Notes under the pieces: generated by a model
What the model saw: the letters and a program-made list of their open reading frames with translations, nothing else
Told to the model about the DNA's origin: nothing
Database searches by the model: none
Made by a program: the position numbers and the translations under genes
Shown: piece by piece, positions 1 through 6,449 of the stretch
Layout of the letters: each line of letters opens with the position of its first letter
Numbering within the stretch: the stretch's first letter is position 1
From: Octopus sinensis
Lineage: Eukaryota
Assembly: GCF_006345805.1 (NCBI RefSeq)
Contig: NW_021829348.1
Location: 1-6,449 of the forward strand
Length of the DNA: 6,449 bases
Direction: 5' to 3'

Positions 1-75
1 GGCTGACCTAGGGCTATAGTAGATGACAATTGCCCATATTCCATGTGATGGGGAAGCTAACTTCTTACCAGATGC
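1..75 (-). mobile_element. Degraded 5' head fragment of SINE family A, cut by the window edge and internally deleted
   Basis: 1-36 (ggctgacctagggctatagtagatgacaattgccca) is the reverse complement of tgggcaagtgtcttctgctatagccccgggcc in the copy at 5132. 41-70 (ccatgtgatggggaagctaacttcttacca) matches the reverse complement of the head (tggtaagtagcttg...cacatgg). The B-box segment between them is missing. Confidence 0.7.
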
Positions 76-100
76 TCGTGCTACCTCTACATGTTATCAT

Positions 101-481
101 CGTGGCACTCCGTCGGTTACGACGACGAGGGTTCCAGTTGATCCGATCAACGGAACAGCCTGCTCGTGAAATTAATGTGCAAGTGGCTGAGCACTCCACA
201 GACACGGATACCCTTAATGTAGTTCTCGGGGAGATTCAGTGTGACACAGAGTGTGACAAGGCCGGCCTTTTGAAATACATGTACAACAGAAACAGGAAGA
301 AAGAGTGAGAGAAAGTTGTGGTGAAAGAGTACAGCAAGGTTCACCACCACCCCTTGCCAGAGCCTTGTGGAGCTTTAGGTATTTTCACTCAATAAACACT
401 CACAACGCCCGGTCTGGGAATCGAAACCATGATCCCATGACTGCAAGTCTACTGTTCTAACCACTGGGCCATCACGCCTCC
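101..481 (-). mobile_element. tRNA-derived SINE, family C, near full length
   Basis: The minus strand begins ggaggcgtga-TGGCCCAGTGG (A box, 461-471) and has GGTTTCGATTCC (B box, 417-428) at tRNA-like spacing. A GC- and CpG-rich body of about 310 bp follows and contrasts sharply with the AT-rich flanks. I recall the body as a common octopus repeat (not verified). Confidence 0.8.
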
Positions 482-750
482 ATGATATGCTTTAGTATTT
501 TATTATAGTATAGGTATTTTAAAGAAATATAATTGGAACCTAATCTTCCAGTACATAATATATAGTTTTTTTGTTTTTGCTATAGAATTATCAGTGCCAT
601 CTGATATTCCTCTACAGCTATCGGCATATTGTAGCATTTGTGGTGATATCAGTGCTCTGTGGTATTTGGCATTTCAACCAAATTATAACAGAGTAAGAGT
701 ATTTTACAGAAATAAGTGTGACAGCTGAAATACAACACACTATGGTATTT

Positions 751-885
751 TATAGATATATCCATATATTCATATATACATGTATGTGTAAGTGTGTGTG
801 TGTGAATCCCAACAAATGTCTGATAACTGGAGGTAGGGGTTATAAATATATATACATATATGCATATATACATATACATATACAT

Positions 886-923
<38 letters not shown>

Positions 924-1024
924 GTATGTATATATATATCACTATCAATATATATATAATATATTAATAATAAATAATATATGTGTATATATATATGTAT
1001 GTATGTATATATATATATGTATGT

Positions 1025-1067
<43 letters not shown>

Positions 1068-1181
1068 ATATATATATATATAATTTATATATAATATTAA
1101 TAATAAATAATATATGTATATATATATATATATGTATGTAATTAGGTATGTATGCATGTATGTATGTATGTATGTATGTAT
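751..1181. repeat. Compound microsatellite (TA)n/(CA)n/(TG)n/(TATG)n
   Basis: Directly visible dinucleotide and tetranucleotide tracts, interrupted by a short unique island at about 805-840. Confidence 0.95.
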
Positions 1182-1336
1182 GGGTACAGGACGTCACCAA
1201 CTGTGTAAACAACATGAAATACATAGACAAACAAGTTAAATACATAAACAAGAGAAAAAATGTAAAACAGAACAAGTAAACATAGAGAAACAACCCTTCA
1301 TCAGTTGTTGGCTGTCTATCTACTCCTCATTTCAAG
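1182..1336. repeat. A-rich island between microsatellite tracts; probable fragment of an unclassified interspersed repeat, possibly Penelope-like
   Basis: About 155 bp of strongly strand-skewed sequence (gggtacaggacgtc...cccttcatcagttg...catttcaag) with sharp boundaries against (TATG)n and (TA)n. The family suggestion is recall and inference only. Confidence 0.35.
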
Positions 1337-1381
1337 ATATATATATATACATATGTACGAATATATATGTATATATATTAT

Positions 1382-1534
1382 ACATTACGTTTCATAATTA
1401 TGAGCATAATTATAATTAGGGTTCAGCAAAAAAATTTGCTTTGCCACATACCGAACTTTTAGAAATAGCAGCCAAAGCAAATTTTTTTGCTGAACCCTAA
1501 TTATAATTATACTCATTATTATAAAACGTAACGT
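1382..1534. repeat. Long inverted repeat (62-bp arms, 29-bp spacer)
   Basis: Arm 1382-1443 matches the reverse complement of 1473-1534 at 58/62 positions. The inner 38 bp (1406-1443 and 1473-1510) are perfectly complementary. Confidence 0.95.
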
Positions 1535-1651
1535 TTAAGTTTACTGTCAATGGTCCTTTTAACATGCTGAACACTACTTGGTGGAATTATTAATTATTAA
1601 TTAATTAATTAATTTTACCCTTTATTATTATATATATATTATATATATTTT

Positions 1652-1705
1652 CCGTCCAACCCATGCTAGCATGGAAAACGGACGTTAAACGATGATGATG
1701 ATGAT
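1652..1705 (+). mobile_element. Isolated 3' tail of a non-LTR retroposon (stem-loop plus (GAT)n), extremely 5'-truncated
   Basis: ccgtccaacccatgctagcatggaaaacggacgttaaac followed by (gat)5. It contains the palindrome ccatgctagcatgg and an outer pair cgtcc/ggacg. A stem-loop followed by a short tandem tail is typical of stringent LINE/SINE 3' ends. It sits inside a TA tract. Confidence 0.7.
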
Positions 1706-1750
1706 AATATATATGACACTCATACACCACACACAGCCGAGCAGGCACAT

Positions 1751-1836
1751 TTATATAAATATATATGTATTCATGTATGTATGTGTGTATGTATGTATAT
1801 ATGTGTTTATGTACATGTGTGTTTATGTATGTGTCT
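1751..1836. repeat. Degenerate (TA)n/(TATG)n/(TG)n microsatellite
   Basis: Directly visible low-complexity tract. Confidence 0.85.
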
Positions 1837-2302
1837 GTGCCATCTGATATTCTGATATTCCATCGCACCAATTTGTTTTGTCACTGACTGTCACTGTCGC
1901 CAGCACCCCTCCTGCTCCTCTATTTAATTTAATGCCTGGACCCTCCCATCAGAACCCGTTTCTTCTATCCACAACCTGCAGATGCTGCAAGATACACCCA
2001 ACTGTGTTCTGTATTTCATTCCTTTGGAAAATAAACCTCTTCACTTAATTTATCGCCTCCAGAATGATATGAGACAAAGTTTTAATCTGGTAGGGTTTGA
2101 CTTCAGAAACAGGAGGTAGCAAGCTAAATGATGTAAAGTAGGGGTTTTTTTCAACCCTACATTTTTCCCTTAATACATGGTGGCAGACCCCAAGTTGTAT
2201 ATCTTAATTTGGTGAAACTCTAGATAATTTCTTTTCTAGTAAGTTCTGGGTTATTTGTCTCTTTATGAACTTATCTATTTATTTATATATTTATCCGTTT
2301 TG

Positions 2303-2520
2303 CCTTTACTTGACTTTACAGTCACTGGACTGTGGCCATGCTGGGGCAACATCTTGAAAAGGGGTCTTTTTTTTTGTTTGTTGAACAAATTGACCCCAGG
2401 ATTTATTTTACTTTAAAATCTGGTAATTATTTTATTGGTCTCTTTTTACGGACCGCTAGGTTATGGGGACATAAGCAAACTAATATTGGTTATGAATTGA
2501 TACTGGGGGAACAAACACAA
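2303..2520 (-). mobile_element. SINE family A, 3' half only, diverged copy
   Basis: Its reverse complement aligns to about 5370-5567 (gactgtggccatgctggggca, gaccccagga, ggtctcttttt, ccgctagg, ggggacata). It ends in the family's internal CA/TA microsatellite (2521-2589) with no tRNA head beyond. Confidence 0.85.
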
Positions 2521-2589
2521 ACACACATACACATACACATACACACACATACATGCACACATACATGTAGATACATACACATATATATA

Positions 2590-2637
2590 CCCATACCAGC
2601 AAGAAAACAGATATTAAATGTTGTTGTTACTGCTGAT
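2590..2637 (+). mobile_element. Degraded second copy of the retroposon 3' tail seen at 1652-1705
   Basis: cccataccagcaagaaaacagatattaaatgttgttg aligns with cccatgctagcatggaaaacggacgttaaacgatgatg. It is again flanked by TA tracts. Confidence 0.6.
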
Positions 2638-2682
2638 TATATATATGTATATATATATATGTATATATACATATATATATAT

Positions 2683-2880
2683 TCTTTTACTTGTTGCAGA
2701 CATTTGACTGTGGCCATGCTGGAGCCCCATTTGTGGTCAAAACAAATCAACACCAGGACTTATTCTTTGTAAGCCTAGTACTTATCCTATCGGTCTCTTT
2801 TGCTAAACTGCTAAGTTACGGGGGACGTAAACACACCAACATCAGTCGTCAAGCAATGGTGGGAGGACAAACACAGACAC
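2683..2880 (-). mobile_element. SINE family A, 3' half only
   Basis: Its reverse complement aligns colinearly to about 5370-5567, with exact blocks tggtgtgtttacgtcccc (18 bp) and gcaaaagagaccgatag (17 bp). It ends in a microsatellite (2881-2941) with no head. Confidence 0.9.
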
Positions 2881-3189
2881 ACATACATATGTGTGTGTAT
2901 ATATATATATATCTTTATATGTGTGTTTGTGTGTGTGTGTATGGTGATGAAAGGATTAATATATCTACAGCTGAACTAGCTCTGTACTAGACAACACCTT
3001 GAACTAATTAGCGAGCCTCTACACAGTTGTCTGATACTATAAAAAATAACAGCCAAAACTCCATAAAATCACACCTTGTCTCTACAAAAACAAAAGGACA
3101 CATTGAACAAAATACTCATAGATACACTGTGTCTAAGAAAAAAATGCAGAGTGGTTGTGACTTGAATGTCTTGAATTATTGGTCTACTG

Positions 3190-3509
3190 CAACAGTTCTC
3201 ATCCGGGGGCCATATGGCCCCTGGGGGTGCATATAAGATTTTGAGGGGTCCATGCAACTAAATAGTAAATTGGGGATCAGCAATAGTATTTTAAGGACTC
3301 CTGAAAAAATGTTGCTTTAGGTGTACATGTTGCTATGCATTGCAAGAAACAGGTGGGTTTCTTTCTCTGATATTTTACGTAATTCAACATACAAAAGTTA
3401 AAGTATGATAAATAATATAAGAATTTTGAAAGAAGTTGGCTATAGGGGTCCACCAGGATAAAATAGTAATCAGAGGGGTGCATGAATAAAAATTGTTTGA
3501 GAACCCCTG
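3190..3509. mobile_element. Non-autonomous hAT (Charlie-like) DNA transposon / MITE, 320 bp
   Basis: The termini caacagttctca... and ...tgagaacccctg (reverse complement caggggttctca) fit the CAGNGGTTCTCAA terminus of hAT-Charlie elements. The 8-bp flanks are gtctactg (3182-3189) and gtcaactg (3510-3517), 7/8 identical, the TSD length expected for hAT. The subterminal motif ggggt(c/g)ca recurs at 3224, 3245, 3445 and 3475. Confidence 0.85.
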
Positions 3510-3537
3510 GTCAACTGGATCAAGGAGCAATACTTAC

Positions 3538-3637
3538 AGCATCAACGATTATAACCAAACTGCATTTTCATTTATAATTCACAACACACTAGAATGACCT
3601 GTCATTAACAACATATTTCCTCAAACACTCCTTTCTT
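3538..3637 (-). other. Candidate 100-nt non-coding or UTR exon
   Basis: Minus-strand acceptor tttctccctttcaaatag (AG at 3638-3639) and donor gct|gtaagta (3531-3537). All three frames contain stops. Only splice signals support it; there is no transcript evidence. Confidence 0.25.
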
Positions 3638-3870
3638 CTATTTGAAAGGGAGAAACTTTCCCAAAATATTATATGATCAATAAACAACCCATGTAAAGTA
3701 ATGCAATATTTTTTCACTTTGTTTTCATTTACTGAGACCACCTTACATATTTTATCTAATTTTTCACTTACTTTGTTCAAAGTTTATTTTTTTCACACAC
3801 CTTGCAATGCATCAGGCAAATTACAACACACAAACTTATATTTTTGATTTACCGAATAATTAATGTATCA

Positions 3871-4056
3871 GAGAAAAATTCTAGCAGTGATTGTTTTGGC
3901 TTTTTATATTCCTAACTGAAATCCTGAGGTTAACTTCAGTTTTTCACCTTTCTTGGGGTTGATAAAATAAAGTAGCAGTTAAGAATTGAAGTCATTATAA
4001 TAAATAATTTCCCTCATCCAAAATATTTGGTCAGGTACCTATATTAGAAAAAAAAT
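3871..4056 (+). mobile_element. SINE family B, old degraded monomer
   Basis: tgaggttaacttcagtttttcacctttcttggggttgataaaataaagtagcagtt...ccaaaatatttggtcaggtacctatattagaaaa aligns to the reverse complement of 4603-4763 (gaggttgactttgcctttcacccttttggggttgataaattaagtaccagtt...ccaaaatttcgggcctggtgcctagagtagaaaag). The 5' boundary is approximate. Confidence 0.75.
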
Positions 4057-4135
4057 GAAATCAATTTCTATGTCTAAAACCTGTTTTCTTCTTATTCTGG
4101 AAATTTTTAGAATTTCGAAAAAGTAGGAAGCAACA

Positions 4136-4536
4136 ACAGAAATGGCTGTGTAGTAAGAAGTTTTCTTCCCAAACATATGGTTCTGGGTTCAGTCCCACTA
4201 CATGGCACCTTGGGTAGGTGTCTTCTGCTGTAGCCTCAGGCTGACCAAAGCCTTGTGAGTGGATTTGGTAGGTGGAAACTGAAAGAAACTCATCATGTGT
4301 GTGTGTATGAGTGTGTGTGTGTGTGTCTGTGTTTCTCCCTCACCACCACATGACAACCAGCGTTGGTGTGTTTACATCCCCATAACTTAGTGGTTCAGCA
4401 AAAGATACCAACAGAATAAGTAACTAGGCTTAAAACAAAATAATATTGGAGTCAATTCCCACAACTAAAATTTTTCAAGGTGGTGCTCCATCATGGCTAC
4501 AGTCATATGACTGATACAAGTAAAAGATTAAAAGAT
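4136..4536 (+). mobile_element. SINE family A, full length, older copy (tRNA head, CORE-like segment, internal (TG)n)
   Basis: A-box-like tggctgtgtag (4143-4153) and B-box-like ggttcagtccc (4186-4196), then accttgggtaggt, an internal (TG)n at about 4296-4331 and a taaaaga-type tail. It is colinear with the copy at 5132. Confidence 0.9.
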
Positions 4537-4602
4537 ATGTAGCCTTATATCTTTTTTCTTATTATTTGTTTCATATTCCAGCATTTAATCCCACAAAATA
4601 TT

Positions 4603-4994
4603 CTTTTCTACTCTAGGCACCAGGCCCGAAATTTTGGGGAGGGGGCAGACAATTAGATCGACAATTATGCAACTGGTACTTAATTTATCAACCCCAAAAG
4701 GGTGAAAGGCAAAGTCAACCTCCGCAGAATTTGAACTCAGAACGTAAAGACATACAAAATACCTATTTCTTTACTACACACAAGGGGCTAAACACAGAGG
4801 AGACAAACAAGGACAGACAAACGGATTAAGTCGATTACATCGACCTAGTGCATAACTGGTACTTAATTTATTGACCTCGAAAGGGATGAAAGGCAAAGTT
4901 GACCTTGGCGGAAGTTGAACTCAGAACGTAACGGCAGACAAAATACCATTAAGCATTTTGCCCAGCATGCCAACATTTCTGCCAGCTTGCTACC
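4603..4994 (-). mobile_element. SINE family B, head-to-tail dimer inserted as one unit
   Basis: Internal direct repeat of about 93 bp (4671-4763 vs 4854-4947), each copy with a B-box-like gagttcaa(a/c)ttc on the minus strand (4726-4738, 4910-4922). The whole element is flanked by taatcccacaaaatatt (4586-4602) and taatcccaccaaatatt (4995-5011), a 16/17 identical TSD. Confidence 0.9.
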
Positions 4995-5131
4995 TAATCC
5001 CACCAAATATTACAAAGAAATGATTATCTCCCTTGTAAGGAACTCTAAGTGTCTAGAAATAATCTTTTATAAAAAAAAAAACTTCAGCAAAATGAAGCCA
5101 AAGAAAACTGAAACCTCTATAAAATACACTT

Positions 5132-5585
5132 GCAAGGAGGAGTGGCTGTGTGGTAAGTAGCTTGTTTTAAGCCACATGGTTCTGGGTTCAATCCCACTGC
5201 GTGCATCTTGGGCAAGTGTCTTCTGCTATAGCCCCGGGCCGACCAATGCCTTGTGATTGGATTTGGTAGACGGAAACTGAAAGAAGCCTGTCGTATATAT
5301 GTATATATATAATATATATAATATATTATATATATATATATTATATATATGTATGTGTGTGTATATGTTTGTGTGTATTTGTCCCCCTAGCATTGCTTGA
5401 CAAACCGATGCTGGTGTGTTTACGTCCCCGTCACTTAGCGGTTCGGCAAAAGAGACCGATAGAATAAGTACTGGGCTTACAAAAGAATAAGTCCCGGGGT
5501 CGAGTTGCTCGGCTAAAGGCGGTGCTCCATCATGGCCGCAGTCAAATGACTGAATCAAGTAAAAGAGTAAAGAGTAAAGAGAGAG
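5132..5585 (+). mobile_element. SINE family A, full length, younger copy; CORE-SINE-like, possibly related to the octopus OR1/OR2/OK SINEs
   Basis: A box tggctgtgtgg (5143-5153) and B box ggttcaatccc (5185-5195). The following cttgggcaagt resembles the start of the MIR/CORE domain. It has an internal TA/TG microsatellite at about 5293-5380, a tandem (agagtaa)n tail at about 5560-5585, and retained CpGs. The family name is inference. Confidence 0.92.
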
Positions 5586-5764
5586 ACCACGCACAATATA
5601 CAAGTACAGACTACATATCACACATACACACACACACACAAGACATGTGCATGGTGATAACAATCAAAAGAATAATCAAACAAGCTACATGGTTGGAAAT
5701 CAAACATGTCAAACATGTGTCTCCTCACTCTTCTCTCTCTTTTTCTTTTAATTTACACATTTAG

Positions 5765-5799
5765 TATGAATGTATGTGTATGTGTGTGTGGTGTATATA

Positions 5800-5836
<37 letters not shown>

Positions 5837-6165
5837 CTATATATATACACATATATGTATGTATGATATATATATATATATATATATAATATTTGTGTGT
5901 GTTGTAAATATATATATATATATAACATACACATACTATATATATACACACATACAAACACATACACACATGCATTATACATATATATATTTATGTATGT
6001 CTGTATACACACATACTCACACATATTCACACACATAAATACATGCATACAAATGTATATGTGTGTATATATATATATATAACACATATACATACATATA
6101 TGTGGTTATATATATAAATATATGTATATATATATATTATGTGTGTGTGTGTGTGTATATATAAA

Positions 6166-6207
<42 letters not shown>

Positions 6208-6341
6208 ATATATATATATATACACACACACACACATATACATATATTTATATATATATAAACATATATACAATACACAAATTTAAGCATACATATATAC
6301 ACAAAGACATACATACAACATATACACTCACACACACACAA
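5765..6341. repeat. Very long compound microsatellite (TA)n/(TG)n/(CA)n
   Basis: About 580 bp of almost purely alternating purine-pyrimidine repeats. Confidence 0.95.
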
Positions 6342-6394
6342 CAAAGACAGAGTGCTGTCTTGCCAACACTTGTCATGTTATCTGATGCAAGTCT

Positions 6395-6421
6395 GGGCGG
6401 CGGTGGGGTGGGGTGGGGGGG
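6395..6421 (+). other. Potential G-quadruplex-forming sequence
   Basis: gggcggcggtggggtggggtggggggg contains four runs of at least 3 G with loops of 7, 1 and 1 nt. Confidence 0.55.
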
Positions 6422-6449
6422 CACACCAGCACCCACCATCCCCACCCCA

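Noticed and set aside
30-350. ORFs 30..308 (+) and 147..350 (-)
   Set aside because: They lie largely within SINE sequence and have no recognisable protein motif.
410-481. tRNA-like sequence as a real tRNA gene (likewise 5135-5200)
   Set aside because: The A and B boxes are present, but I could not form a complete cloverleaf, and the sequence continues into a SINE body.
649-1293. Overlapping Y/I/H/T/C/V-rich ORFs
   Set aside because: These are translations of TA/CA/TG microsatellites, which lack stop codons by composition.
1298-1336. CTGATGA on the minus strand (1298-1304) with an upstream GAAA, as a possible hammerhead ribozyme of a Penelope-like element
   Set aside because: There is no GAAA downstream of a stem II, and I could not build stems I and III for the permuted topology.
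1860-2200. Unique segment with TATTTAA and AATAAA, as a possible solo LTR or promoter
   Set aside because: No TG...CA boundaries with a TSD were found, and these motifs are common in AT-rich DNA.
2332-2990. ORFs 2332..2772 and 2691..2990, similar to ORF 5226..5663 (FDCGH..., SFAKLLSYG...)
   Set aside because: The peptide similarity reflects antisense translation of the same SINE family A, not paralogous genes.
3589-3780. 63-aa minus-strand ORF in unique sequence
   Set aside because: It is short, has a non-ATG start and shows no recognisable domain or consistent exon structure.
4671-4947. Direct repeats as a CRISPR-like or tandem array
   Set aside because: There are only two diverged ~93-bp units, explained by a SINE dimer in eukaryotic DNA.
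5706-6445. Six overlapping ORFs near the 3' end
   Set aside because: They are low-complexity artefacts derived wholly or partly from the microsatellite.

Overview
AT-rich, repeat-dense, non-coding eukaryotic DNA, probably intronic or intergenic. The repeat content (tRNA-derived SINEs with internal TA/TG microsatellites and long TA/CA/TG tracts) resembles octopus (coleoid cephalopod) genomic DNA; this assignment is from recall, not a database search. No protein-coding gene can be supported: the listed ORFs are low-complexity translations of microsatellites, lie in repeats, or resemble no known protein. The window holds three tRNA-headed SINE families, labelled A, B and C here: five family A copies or fragments, two family B insertions (one a dimer with a 17-bp TSD) and one family C copy. 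It also holds a 320-bp hAT-like MITE with an 8-bp TSD, two isolated retroposon 3' tails in TA tracts, a 62-bp-arm inverted repeat, an unexplained 16-bp direct repeat, a weak non-coding exon candidate on the minus strand and a G-quadruplex-type motif. I see no solid evidence of a new gene system; the notable signals are structural and transposon-related.
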